A DNA stretch of 64,000 nucleotides, taken from the NCBI GenBank assembly GCA_019348195.1, contig JAHWJX010000001.1:36091-100090 (forward strand). Reading direction: 5' to 3'. Made by a program: the position numbers and the translations under genes. How positions within the stretch are numbered: the stretch's first letter is position 1; the number at the start of each line of letters is the position of its first letter. Below are positions 1 to 9,062 of this stretch, one piece after another. Below the pieces are notes generated by a model. That model made no database searches, was not told the origin of the DNA, and was given only the letters and a program-made list of their open reading frames with translations. The stretch is from Pseudomonadota bacterium. Lineage in GTDB: Bacteria > Pseudomonadota > Alphaproteobacteria > Caulobacterales > Caulobacteraceae.

Positions 1-1
1 G

Positions 2-1099
2 CTTCGCCAGATCTGGCTGCCGGTCTACGGCCTCACCGCCCTGATGGTCGCGGCGCGGCTGAGCTGCATGACCCAGGTCTTCTGGGGCGCGCTCCTGCTC
101 GCGCCCCTGCTGCTGTTGGCGGGCTTGTCCACGGAATGGTCGCTGCTTCCCGACATCACCGTGCGACGGGCGGTGGCGCTGAGCCTGAGCAGCCTTTTCG
201 GCCTCTATCTCGCCGCCCGCTTCGCCTGGCGTGAGCTGATGGAGCTTCTCGCCGGCGTGTTCCTGATCCTGGCCTTGGGGAGTTACCTGTCGGTGCTGGC
301 CGCGCCGGGCTGGGCGATCCACGCGACGGTCCACCCCGGAGCCTGGAAGGCGCTGTGGTTCGAAAAGAACGGTCTGGGTCAGGTCATGACCTGGGGCGTG
401 CTGGCGTGCGGCTGCGCGGCCCTGCTGACGACCGAACGGCGCCGCTTGTGGACGGTGGGCGCGGTTCTCTGCGGAGCCCTGGTGTTGTTCTCCACCTCCA
501 AAACCTCGCTCCTAGGGATGATGCTGGTCGGCTCGGGCCTGGCTGTGGTGGCCGGCTTCCGTCGTGGAGGCCTGCTGGGCGTGCTGACCGGCTGGCTGGC
601 CCTGGTCGGTGTGGCGGGGGTCATGGCGATGGCCGTGCTCGCGCCGGAGATCGTGCTGGAGGCTTTGGGCAAGGATCCCACCCTGACCGGCCGCACGGAC
701 ATCTGGGCGGCGGTCCTGCGGCGGGTGGAGGAACGACCCTGGCAGGGCTACGGCTACGCCGCCTTCTGGGCCGACAAGCAAGGTCCGGTGGGCTTCGTCC
801 GCAACGAGGTGAACTGGAGCGCGCCTACCGCCCATAACGGTTGGCTCGAGCTGCTGCTGTCTTTCGGCTGGACGGGCGTGATCCTGTTCGGCGTGCACCT
901 GGGCGTGACGGTGCTGGCCGCCGCGGCCAGCATGGGACGGGGCGCTCACGCCTATTGGGCGGTGCTGGCCGTGGCCTTGTTCACGCTCTTCAGCCTGTCG
1001 GAGAGCACCATCATGCAGCAGAACAACCTGATCTGGGTGATCTATGTCATGACCTCGGCCAAGCTGCTCCAGGTCGCCGCCCCCACCCCGCCACGCTGA
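2..1099 (+). CDS. O-antigen ligase/polymerase family (Wzy_C-type) integral membrane protein; 5' end cut by the window edge
   Basis: The frame is open from nt 2 (LRQIWLPVYGLTAL precedes the first Met at 44). Multi-TM protein. The loop motif GRTDIW..PWQGYGYAAFW..HNGWLELLLSFGWTG is typical of the Wzy_C/O-antigen ligase family. Confidence 0.8.
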   Translation, partial: LRQIWLPVYGLTALMVAARLSCMTQVFWGALLLAPLLLLAGLSTEWSLLPDITVRRAVALSLSSLFGLYLAARFAWRELMELLAGVFLILALGSYLSVLAAPGWAIHATVHPGAWKALWFEKNGLGQVMTWGVLACGCAALLTTERRRLWTVGAVLCGALVLFSTSKTSLLGMMLVGSGLAVVAGFRRGGLLGVLTGWLALVGVAGVMAMAVLAPEIVLEALGKDPTLTGRTDIWAAVLRRVEERPWQGYGYAAFWADKQGPVGFVRNEVNWSAPTAHNGWLELLLSFGWTGVILFGVHLGVTVLAAAASMGRGAHAYWAVLAVALFTLFSLSESTIMQQNNLIWVIYVMTSAKLLQVAAPTPPR

Positions 1100-1227
1100 A
1101 CTCCTGCGGCCTCTGGGGCGAGCCTTGTCGCGGAAACGGCGGCGCCGGACCGCGGTCGGGATCCCATCAGGGCCCCTGCGGGACACACCGCCACAGGCAT
1201 GGGGGAGATGGCGGCGGGGAAGGGGGG

Positions 1228-2205
1228 TCAGAGCGCCGCGCCGCCGCTGCGCGCCACCTCGGCCGCCCCATAGAAGCGAGGCTCGAACCGCGGCATCCAC
1301 AGCACCTTGCCCAGGCCGCGCGCCGCGCGGTCCAGCATGTCGGCGCGTTCCGGCCGGCGAAGAAGCCACAGCGCCGCCGCCGCGGCGCCGAACACGGCGG
1401 TTTGCATGGCGCCGATGGCCATCCACCGGGCCACCGCCAGCCGGTCGCCACGGTAGGACGCAGTCTGCGACGGGCCCTGCCCATAGGCGAAGGCGCGCTT
1501 GACGGCATAGGTCAGGGTCGCGCGGTGCGGTGCGGGATGCTCCCAGACCCAGGCCTCGGCCGCCCAGGCGAAGCGGCGGCCGAGCCCGGCCAGCTTTGTG
1601 AACAGCAGGTCGTCCTCGCCGCCGATCTGATCCATCGCCGGGTCGAAGGGCGCCGGCCCGGCCAGGGCCGTGCTCCGCGTCAGCAGGGAGTTGCCGCACC
1701 CCCAGTGGGTGGAGACCGGTCCGGACTGGGCCGGCCCTGTTCGCGAGAACAGCCGCTCCAGATAGGCGGTCGCCCACCCCGAGCCGTCCGGCGCCCGGCC
1801 GCGGATGGGGCCGAAAGTCACGTCGGCCCCGTGCTCCCGGTGCACTCTGACGAGCGCGGCCAGCCATCCCGGCGGCGCCTCCTCGTCGTCGTCAAGAAAG
1901 GCGACGAGCTCGCCCGACGCCACGGCGAGCCCGCTGTTGCGCGCGGTCGCCACGCCTGGCGTCGCTTCGTGCACGAAGCGGAGCGGGAAGGGCGCCTCGG
2001 CCGCAAGCGCCTGCACCCCCGGTCCCGCCGAGCCTTCCGGGGAGTTGTCCACCACCACCAGCTCCAGGGGCCCCGCATCGGTCTGGGCGAACACGGAGCG
2101 GACCGCCCGCGCCAGGCTGTCGGGCCGGCGCAGGGTGGGCATGACGATGCTGATCACGGGGCTGATCACGGGGCTGATGGCGGGGCTGATGTCGGGCGGG
2201 CTCAC
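1228..2205 (-). CDS. family 2 glycosyltransferase
   Basis: GT-A motifs IVMPTLRRPDSL, VVVDNSPEG, AFLDDDE. Start placed at GTG 2205, which overlaps the upstream stop (GTGA); ATG 2142 is the alternative. The longer ORF-track N-terminus up to 2523 overlaps the upstream gene and is rejected. Confidence 0.85.
   Translation of the reverse strand: MSPPDISPAISPVISPVISIVMPTLRRPDSLARAVRSVFAQTDAGPLELVVVDNSPEGSAGPGVQALAAEAPFPLRFVHEATPGVATARNSGLAVASGELVAFLDDDEEAPPGWLAALVRVHREHGADVTFGPIRGRAPDGSGWATAYLERLFSRTGPAQSGPVSTHWGCGNSLLTRSTALAGPAPFDPAMDQIGGEDDLLFTKLAGLGRRFAWAAEAWVWEHPAPHRATLTYAVKRAFAYGQGPSQTASYRGDRLAVARWMAIGAMQTAVFGAAAAALWLLRRPERADMLDRAARGLGKVLWMPRFEPRFYGAAEVARSGGAAL
2149..2196 (-). repeat. 4 x 12-bp tandem repeat (gctgatcacggg x2, gctgatggcggg, gctgatgtcggg)
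   Basis: Read directly. On the minus strand it encodes DISPAISPVISPVIS if the GT2 gene starts at GTG 2205. If the start is ATG 2142 it lies in the 60-nt spacer instead. Confidence 0.9.
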
Positions 2206-3119
2206 AGGACTTCCGCATAACAGGCTGCGCGATAGGTCTTCGCGGCCGCGACCCGCAGCTTCAAGGGCACGGCGGTGGCCACGGCCAGCCGCTTCAGCAT
2301 CGGCCGCCACAGGCCCCGCAGGGGCGCCCGGCGCAGCACCCGCGCGGCGCGGAAGCTGGCGTAACGGGCCACGATCTCCGGATGGGCCTGAAGCACCCGG
2401 GCGAAGTTGCCGGCGGACTGCTCGTATTTGCGCGTAAGCGTCTCCGCCGTGTCCAGGCCCAGGTGGGTGGCGGTGTTGTCGATGTGCAGGATGGGCCAGC
2501 GGCGGCCCACCCGCATGGCCCACTCCACATCCTCCCAGCCCCAGCCGGTGAAGCTCTCATCGAAGCGTTCGCACTCGAACACCTCGCGGCGAACCAGGAG
2601 ATTGCTGGTGAAGACGTGCTTTTCCGGGGCTCGCGAACGGTGTGCGGCAGGCAGGCAGTCCGAGCCGCGCGACATCGCCTGGTGCAGCACGGTGTGCGGC
2701 GTCACCGGCGCGCCGTCCACGGTGAAGCCGCCAAAGGCGACCGGCGCCTCCACATGCGCCCATCGCCGCAGGAAGTCTTCGTCGTCGGGCAGCATGTCGC
2801 TGTCCAGGAACAGCAGGCGCTCGGATCGGGCATGGCGGGCGAGGCGGTTGCGGCCGCGCGCGCGGCCCTCGTTGGGCACGCTGACCAGCCGCGCCGGCGC
2901 GCGCAGAACGGCCACATCGGCGGCCACGGCGCCCGCCCGGACCCGGTCCGGGTCGCCGTCGTCGAGCACCACGATTTCGATCCGGCCGTCGAGCCCGGCG
3001 GCCTGCCGATCGAGCGCCTCGAGCAGCGGGCGTGGATCATCGCCGTGAAAGGGGATCAGCACGGACAGGGCGGGCTCCGCGCCCGCCCACGTCGGGCTCT
3101 CGGTGGTATGTTCTTTCAT
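2202..3119 (-). CDS. family 2 glycosyltransferase
   Basis: LSVLIPFHGDDPRPLLEALDRQ, VVLDDGDPD, FLDSDMLP (DxD). The start ATG overlaps the flippase stop (ATGA at 3116-3119). Confidence 0.85.
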   Translation of the reverse strand: MKEHTTESPTWAGAEPALSVLIPFHGDDPRPLLEALDRQAAGLDGRIEIVVLDDGDPDRVRAGAVAADVAVLRAPARLVSVPNEGRARGRNRLARHARSERLLFLDSDMLPDDEDFLRRWAHVEAPVAFGGFTVDGAPVTPHTVLHQAMSRGSDCLPAAHRSRAPEKHVFTSNLLVRREVFECERFDESFTGWGWEDVEWAMRVGRRWPILHIDNTATHLGLDTAETLTRKYEQSAGNFARVLQAHPEIVARYASFRAARVLRRAPLRGLWRPMLKRLAVATAVPLKLRVAAAKTYRAACYAEVL

Positions 3120-4558
3120 GCCGTCCTCGCGCGCAGGCCGCTCCGCAGGCGCCCGAGACGCTCACGGAGGTGAGCGTCCAACAGGAGCATCACCGCGGCG
3201 TAGGTCGCCGCGCCCACCGCCGCCTTGCCAAGCAGTTCAAGCCAGCCTCCGGGCGAGGGCAGGGCCGCCACGCAGGCCGCCATCACGCCCGAGGCCAGCC
3301 CGGCGCGCGCCAGCGCCGTCCAGGGAACCGGCAAGATCAGCACGGTCCGCCCCAGGGTCGCCGACAGCAGCGCGCCCAGCGCATAGCCGACGGTGGTGGC
3401 CCAGGCCGCGCCGATCAGGCCGAAGCGCGGCACCAGCAGGACGTTCAACCCGATGCTGAGCAGGGCCGGCGCCGTCATCACGCCCACCAGCAGGCCGGTG
3501 CGGCGCCCGAGGGTGAAGGCTTGGCCGAAATAATGGGTGTGCAGGCCGGCGAAGAAGGCCGCCATGGCGATCAAGGGCGTCACGGACGCCGCTTGCGTCC
3601 TGAGCTCCTCGCCCACCAGGATGCCGATCAGCGGCTCCGAAACCAGCGCCAAGCCCGTTGCGGCCGGCAAGGTCAACCAGATCAGCAGTTCGCCCTGTTC
3701 GCGAGCCGCGCGGGTCAGCGCCTCCGGCCCGCCGCGCTCAAGCGCGGCCACCAGCGCCGGCCCTCCCGCAAGGCTAAGCCAGACGAACAGCACGTCCAGC
3801 AGGCGGTTCCCGACCGAATAGCCCGCGTGATAGGCGCCCACACTGGCCTCGTCGAGGAAGGTGGCGATGAGAAAGCGGTCGGCCGTGGCCAGCGCCAGCG
3901 AGGCCACCAGCGCCAGAGCCACCGGCAGACCGTAGCCGATGTTGCGCCGGAGCCGCTCGGGATCGATCCCGCCGCCCCGGGCGCGTCGCATCTCGCGCGG
4001 CCAGAACCAGGCCAGGCAGGCGGCCACGAGGACGCCGTAACCCGCCATGGGCGCTGCGCCTCCCCAGCCGGCCAGGGCCAAGGCCATGCCCGCCAGGAAC
4101 CCTCCGCCCGTGATCACGATGTCGATGGTGGCGAAGCCGCGCACGTCGCCGGTGGCGCGCATGCGCTCCATCACGAGCCGCAGCGCGCTTTTCAGAGCGA
4201 AAGCGAGCACGCCGGCCCCGACGGCCAGCTTCAGGTTCGGGTCCAGCGGCAGCACGAGCAGGAGAGGCGCGCCGAGCGTCAGCACCACCGCGACCATGAT
4301 CCACATCGCTCGGTGCAGGGTGCGCAGATGCGTCGCCAGCCCCCCGCCCGCGGTTTCGGCCGCGGTGAATCGGGCGGTCGCCGCCTCGTTCCAGGTCAGG
4401 AAGATCGTCTGGCTCAGCGCGGCCACGGAGTAGGCCAGCGCGAAATGTCCATAGGCTTCGGGCGTGAGCAACCGGGTGAAGGCGATCACCGCCCCGAAGC
4501 CCGCCAGCGCCTGCACGATCTGCACAGGCAGGTAGCCCATCACCCCTCGCCAGAACAT
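3116..4558 (-). CDS. oligosaccharide/polysaccharide flippase (Wzx, Polysacc_synt family)
   Basis: 480 aa and hydrophobic throughout, with many predicted TM segments. The N-terminus LPVQIVQALAGFGAVIAFTRLLTPEAYGHFALA is typical of the Wzx/MOP superfamily. It lies between the initiating transferase and the GT2 genes. Confidence 0.8.
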   Translation of the reverse strand: MFWRGVMGYLPVQIVQALAGFGAVIAFTRLLTPEAYGHFALAYSVAALSQTIFLTWNEAATARFTAAETAGGGLATHLRTLHRAMWIMVAVVLTLGAPLLLVLPLDPNLKLAVGAGVLAFALKSALRLVMERMRATGDVRGFATIDIVITGGGFLAGMALALAGWGGAAPMAGYGVLVAACLAWFWPREMRRARGGGIDPERLRRNIGYGLPVALALVASLALATADRFLIATFLDEASVGAYHAGYSVGNRLLDVLFVWLSLAGGPALVAALERGGPEALTRAAREQGELLIWLTLPAATGLALVSEPLIGILVGEELRTQAASVTPLIAMAAFFAGLHTHYFGQAFTLGRRTGLLVGVMTAPALLSIGLNVLLVPRFGLIGAAWATTVGYALGALLSATLGRTVLILPVPWTALARAGLASGVMAACVAALPSPGGWLELLGKAAVGAATYAAVMLLLDAHLRERLGRLRSGLRARTA

Positions 4559-4622
4559 GCGCGCCTTTTCCGTATCCGAGTTCGAGCCTTATCGCGCCGC
4601 CCGTTGCGGAGCCGTGAAGGCT

Positions 4623-6143
4623 TCAGCGAATCGCCGCCTTGTCGCCCAGCAGGCGCGGCACGGTGACCAGCACGATGTAGAGGTCCAGCCACAGCGACCG
4701 CCGCTCGATGTACTCCACGTCCAGCGCCACCCTGGCGGCCACCTCCTCCGAGGTGTGCACCGGACCGCGCGAGCCATGGATCTGCGCCCATCCCGTGATG
4801 CCGGGTTTGATCCGGTGCCGGTGGGCGTAGTGGGCCACCAGCTTGGAGGCTTCCGCTTCGCCCGTCATCATTCCGATCGCATGCGGGCGGGGCCCCACCA
4901 CGCTCATCTCGCCGCGCAGCACGTTGAAGATCTGCGGCAGCTCGTCGAGGCTCGTCTTGCGGATGAACCGACCGACCCGGGTGACCCGGTCGTCATCCTT
5001 GGTCACCTGGCGCCGCGCGTTGGCGTCCGAGGCCTCCACGCGCATGGAGCGGAACTTCCACACGGTGATGACTTCGTTGTTGAAGCCGTGCCGCTTCTGC
5101 CGGAACAGGATCGGCCCCGGGCTGTCGAGTCGCACGGCCAGGGCCACCGCCGCAAACAGGGGCGCGGTCAAGAGCAGGCCGATCACGGCCAGAACCACGT
5201 CCTGCACCCGCTTGCCGAAGGCGCGGCTGTCGTCGCTGCGCTGTCCGTCCACAAAGGCCAGGGGCGCGTCCGTGATCCGCTCCAGCGAGCGCCCGTCGCC
5301 GGGAAGCAGCAGGGTCACCTCATTGGGCAGGTTGCGCAGCCGGTCCACCAGGGCCCGCGTGCGCGCCTCCGTGGCGTCGGTGACGGTGATCACGATCCGG
5401 TCCACATAGGGCAGCAGCCGGTGCTCCAGCAGGGCCTCGAGGTCGCCCAGCACGGGCACGCCATGCAGCGTCACCGGCGCGCGCGCCGCCCGGTCGTCGA
5501 ACACGCCCAGCACCGAAACTTCCCGCGTGGCGAGCGCCGCCTGGATCAACCCGCCGGCGGCGGGGGTGGCCCCCACGAAAACCAGATTCGGCGTCATCCG
5601 CCCGTTTCGCCGCCAGGCCCGGGTCAGGTCGTAAGCGCCCAGGTGGAGCACGCCCACGAGCAAGGCCGCCGATCCCGTCCAGACCAGCACGGCCCGCGCA
5701 CTGCGTCCGTCGGTGAACAGCCAGGCCGCCGCCAGCGCAGCGACGCCCGCCGCCGCGAAGGCCGTCGTCACTCGCAGGAGGTGGCCCAGCGGTCGCTCCG
5801 AGCGGTTGTAGGCATAGGCGGCCGAAGCTCGAAGGCCGATCGCCGCAGCCACTGCCCCAACCACGAAAGGCGCCACATGGCCCAGCTCCGTTGTAAGGAG
5901 GGGACCTCCCGTCGCCCCGCCAGCGGCCAGCACGGCCAACACGGTCAGCACGGTCATGTCCAGGCTTTGGAAGGCCCTGGCCGCCGTCTGCGGGCCGATG
6001 CGTGAGCGCACCGGCACCAGCCGTGCAGGCCGCAGCGGGCCCCGTTTACGCCGGCCCTGGACCAGCCGGAGCCGGGGCGCCTCGGCGGGGACGGGAGGAA
6101 CGCTTTCGGGAGGGTTCGCAGCGACGGAGACGGGGCGCGACAT
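4623..6143 (-). CDS. undecaprenyl-phosphate hexose-1-phosphate transferase (WbaP/ExoY/PssY-type initiating sugar transferase)
   Basis: C-terminal bacterial sugar transferase domain: FRQKRHGFNNEVITVWKFRSM, DELPQIFNVLRGEMSVVGPRPH, KPGITGWAQI. The N-terminal half is a multi-TM region. Confidence 0.9.
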   Translation of the reverse strand: MSRPVSVAANPPESVPPVPAEAPRLRLVQGRRKRGPLRPARLVPVRSRIGPQTAARAFQSLDMTVLTVLAVLAAGGATGGPLLTTELGHVAPFVVGAVAAAIGLRASAAYAYNRSERPLGHLLRVTTAFAAAGVAALAAAWLFTDGRSARAVLVWTGSAALLVGVLHLGAYDLTRAWRRNGRMTPNLVFVGATPAAGGLIQAALATREVSVLGVFDDRAARAPVTLHGVPVLGDLEALLEHRLLPYVDRIVITVTDATEARTRALVDRLRNLPNEVTLLLPGDGRSLERITDAPLAFVDGQRSDDSRAFGKRVQDVVLAVIGLLLTAPLFAAVALAVRLDSPGPILFRQKRHGFNNEVITVWKFRSMRVEASDANARRQVTKDDDRVTRVGRFIRKTSLDELPQIFNVLRGEMSVVGPRPHAIGMMTGEAEASKLVAHYAHRHRIKPGITGWAQIHGSRGPVHTSEEVAARVALDVEYIERRSLWLDLYIVLVTVPRLLGDKAAIR

Positions 6144-6200
6144 GACGGTTCACAGTTGAGCGGCGGGGCGAACAGCTCGCCTCACGCGTGTTGTCCGCGG

Positions 6201-7052
6201 TCATGCAAGTCGCGCGCCGGTCCACTTCCGGGGCCACTGGACTAAGCGGACCAGACCATCCTCCAGGGCCACGGTCGGTGGGTGACCCGTTAGCGCCTCG
6301 ATCCGGCTGATGTCGGCGTAGGTCGCGGTGACGTCGCCGGGTTGCATCGGCGGGAAGACCTTCTCCGCCGACCAGAGCGGCGATCATGCTCTCATCAGCT
6401 CCACCGGCCGGCTGTCGCCGATGTTGAGCAGCCGGTGCTGGCCCGGCGGGGGAGGGCGGTCCAGCACCCCCGTCACCGCGTCCAAGACGTCGTCCACCCC
6501 AGGCCCCGTAAGCTGTGAAGAAGCGCAGCTCCGGCGTCGCCATCCCGTACGGCCGGGGCGTAGGTTCCGGTCATCAACTCCCCTGACCGCTTGGTCGCCG
6601 CGTACAGCGACACGGGCGCATCCGTCGGGTCGTCTTCGCGAAAGCGCTCCCCGCCCAGCGGCCGGTCCCCACAGACGCACGACGACGACGCATGGACCGG
6701 GTGCTTCACCGGCCGGCGCCGACACGCGTCTAGTACGGCCAGGTGTCCCGCCACATTGGCCTGCTCATTCGCGAAGGGATGCTCGAGGGACCAGCGCACC
6801 CCGCCTGAGCCGCCAGATGAACCAACCGGCCCGCTCCAGGCAGCCGACGACCACTCCCGGGTCGGCGATGTCGGCCCGCACTATCCCGAAATCGGAATGC
6901 GCGGCCAACCGCCCGGCCCGGAGCTGTTTCAGATTGGGATTGTAGGAAGGGTTGGTGTCGTCCAGCCGGACGACCCGCTCGCCCCGGGCCAGCAGCCGCT
7001 CGGCCACATGGTAGCCGATGAACCCCGCCGCGCCGGTGACCAGAACCGTCAT
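6201..7052 (-). pseudogene. decayed NAD-dependent epimerase (UDP-glucuronate 4-epimerase-like)
   Basis: Family-typical segments lie in three different frames. MTVLVTGAAGFIGYHV (frame ending 7052), then SLEHPFANEQANVAGHLAVLDAC..ASSS..PVSLYAATKRSGELM (6473..6799 frame), then LRFFTAYGAWG (6046..6543 frame), then VDDVLDAVTGVLDRPPP..LLNIGDSRPVELM (6384..6725 frame), then MIAALVG, then MQPGDVTATYADISRIEALTG..stop at 6201. About 35 codons between the YGxWG and DDV motifs are missing. Confidence 0.85.
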
Positions 7053-7080
7053 GCCCCCAGGGTCCTAGCCGCGCCCGGCC

Positions 7081-7113
7081 CCAAAACGAAAGCGGGGCCC
7101 GGAAGGGCCCCGC
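7081..7113 (-). terminator. intrinsic terminator of the permease gene
   Basis: On the minus strand: gcggggccc-ttcc-gggccccgc (perfect 9-bp GC stem, 4-nt loop) followed directly by tttcgttttgg. It lies about 45 nt after the permease stop. Confidence 0.75.
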
Positions 7114-7155
7114 TCCGCTCAAGCTGTACACCCTCGCAGGCGCGCAGCCCCCCGC

Positions 7156-8718
7156 CTACACGCCCGGCACGGGCGGGGCGTCCGGGTCGTCCTCATGGAC
7201 CTCGACCAGGCCGCGACCGAGATGGCTGTGGGACCGGCTGTAGAGGAAGTAGATCACCATGCCGACGGCCCCCCAGACGGGCAGCACCAGCATCGCCGCC
7301 GATGGCAGGTTGAAGAACAAGAACAGGCAGCCCGCGATGGTGGCGGGAGCGACCAGCCAGATCAGCGGCGTTTTGAACGGTCGGTGCCGGTTCTTTTCCG
7401 TTCGGCGCAGGATCAGCACCGCGACCGCCACCATCATGAACGCGTAAAGCGTGCCGGCGTTGGCGATGTCCGCGAGCTGCCCGACGGGGAGAAAGGCCGC
7501 GGCGAACGCCACCGCCGCGCCGGTGGCCATGGTGACGATGTGCGGGGTCTTCCACTTGGGATGCACGCGGCTCAGAACGTCCGGGAGCAGCCCGTCGCGG
7601 CTCATCACGAAGAAGATCCGCGTCTGGCCGAAGATCAGCACCAGGATCACGGACGGCAACGCCAGGAAGGCGGCGATGCCCAGCATGTTCCCGACGGCTC
7701 CAAACCCGATCTGACGCAGGACGTGAGCCAGGGCTTCGTTGGAGCAAACCAGGGCGTCGGCGTATTGCGGCAGAGCGCATTGCCGTGCCAGCTCTTCCGA
7801 TCCAGCCGGGAAGGGCACGCCGTTCGGCCCCATGACCGGCTGGCCCCCAATCGTTCCAACCGCGCCGGCCGCCACCAGGATGTAGACGATGGTGCAAAAC
7901 AGCAGCGAGCCGATCAGGCCGATGGGGACGTTGCGTTGCGGGTTCTTGGTCTCCTCGGCCGCGGTGGAGACGGCGTCGAAGCCCACATAGGCGAAGAAGA
8001 TCGTGGCCGCCGCGCCGACCGCGCCCACACCCGTGCCGAAGCCGCCGAACACGCCGGCGGGCAGGAACGGGTTGAACTTGGCCATGTCGAACTGCGCCGA
8101 GCTCAGGGTGAGGATGACGAAGGCCGTGAGCGCGAGCACCTTGATGCCCACCAGCACTGCATTGACCTTGGCGCTCTCGCTGGTTCCCCTGACCAGCAGG
8201 GCGGTGACCAGCAATGCGATGAGCACCGCGGGAAGATTGATGAAGCCGCCGGGCGCCCCGCCCAGCGCCAAGGGTCCGGCCGCCAACCATGGCGGTAGCT
8301 GAACCCCCAGGAACTCGTTCAGGATCGTTCCGCTGAAATACCCGGACCAACCCACCGAGACCGCCGAGGCCGCCACCGCGTACTCCAGCACCAAGGCCCA
8401 ACCGACGGTCCACGCCAGTATCTCGCCCATCACGGCGTAGGTGTATGTGTAGGCCGAGCCCGCAACCGGGGCCATGGAGGCGATCTCCGCATAGCAGAGC
8501 GCCGCCACGATGCAGATCAGGCCGGCGATCACGAAAGCCAGCATCAGGCCGGGCCCGGCCTTTTGGGCGCCGGCCGCGGTCAGCACGAAGATGCCCGTGC
8601 CGATAACGCAGCCGATCCCGAACAGGGTCAGCTGGAACCAGCCCAGGGTGCGGTGGAGGGACTTCTTCTCCGCGGTCGCCAAGATGGCGTCGAGCGGTTT
8701 GACCCGGTCAAGAATCAT
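7156..8718 (-). CDS. amino acid permease (APC superfamily, cationic amino acid transporter-like)
   Basis: 520 aa, about 12-14 TM. N-terminal signature LHRTLGWFQLTLFGIGCVIGTGIFVLTAAGA..AGPGLMLAFVIAGLICIVAALCYAEIASMAPVAGSAYTY. Confidence 0.9.
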   Translation of the reverse strand: MILDRVKPLDAILATAEKKSLHRTLGWFQLTLFGIGCVIGTGIFVLTAAGAQKAGPGLMLAFVIAGLICIVAALCYAEIASMAPVAGSAYTYTYAVMGEILAWTVGWALVLEYAVAASAVSVGWSGYFSGTILNEFLGVQLPPWLAAGPLALGGAPGGFINLPAVLIALLVTALLVRGTSESAKVNAVLVGIKVLALTAFVILTLSSAQFDMAKFNPFLPAGVFGGFGTGVGAVGAAATIFFAYVGFDAVSTAAEETKNPQRNVPIGLIGSLLFCTIVYILVAAGAVGTIGGQPVMGPNGVPFPAGSEELARQCALPQYADALVCSNEALAHVLRQIGFGAVGNMLGIAAFLALPSVILVLIFGQTRIFFVMSRDGLLPDVLSRVHPKWKTPHIVTMATGAAVAFAAAFLPVGQLADIANAGTLYAFMMVAVAVLILRRTEKNRHRPFKTPLIWLVAPATIAGCLFLFFNLPSAAMLVLPVWGAVGMVIYFLYSRSHSHLGRGLVEVHEDDPDAPPVPGV

Positions 8719-8920
8719 CGCGTCGGCCCTCCCTGCCGTTGCACACCGTCTCCCGCTGATTTCGTCGGGTGGATGCCATCATGGAGCGTGCAGCTCCCGC
8801 CTCGCCATGTCGGCGTTGTTGCGGCCATCTAAGCGTCTTCCCCCAATAATCCGGTCGGCTCTGCGGCCGATCCCTCAGCCGCCGACGTGACCTGGTTCTC
8901 TGCGGTCGGTCAAGCCTGTC

Positions 8921-9052
8921 TTCTCCTCTCCCCGCGATGCAGGGAGAGGGTCGGGGTGAGGAGACTCTCCGCGTCGGCGGATTCGCCGGTTCAGGCCAGC
9001 CCGGCCCGCCCCTCATCCCAGCCCTCTCCCCGCATCGCGGGGAGAAGGGGTA
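8921..9052. repeat. pair of inverted REP-like palindromic units (about 43 bp each, about 45 bp apart)
   Basis: Unit 1 is 8921-8963 (ttctcctctccccgcgatgcagggagagggtcggggtgaggag). Its reverse complement aligns almost base for base with unit 2 at 9009-9052 (cccctcatcccagccctctccccgcatcgcggggagaaggggta). Each unit contains its own CTCCCC-loop-GGGGAG hairpin. Confidence 0.8.
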
Positions 9053-9062
9053 AGCAGGACCT

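Noticed and set aside
8719-8920. About 200-nt leader upstream of the amino acid permease; considered as a glycine or lysine riboswitch
   Set aside because: I could not find the conserved cores of either riboswitch class. I saw only a short direct repeat (tctgcggNcg) and a TTGACC promoter-like hexamer.
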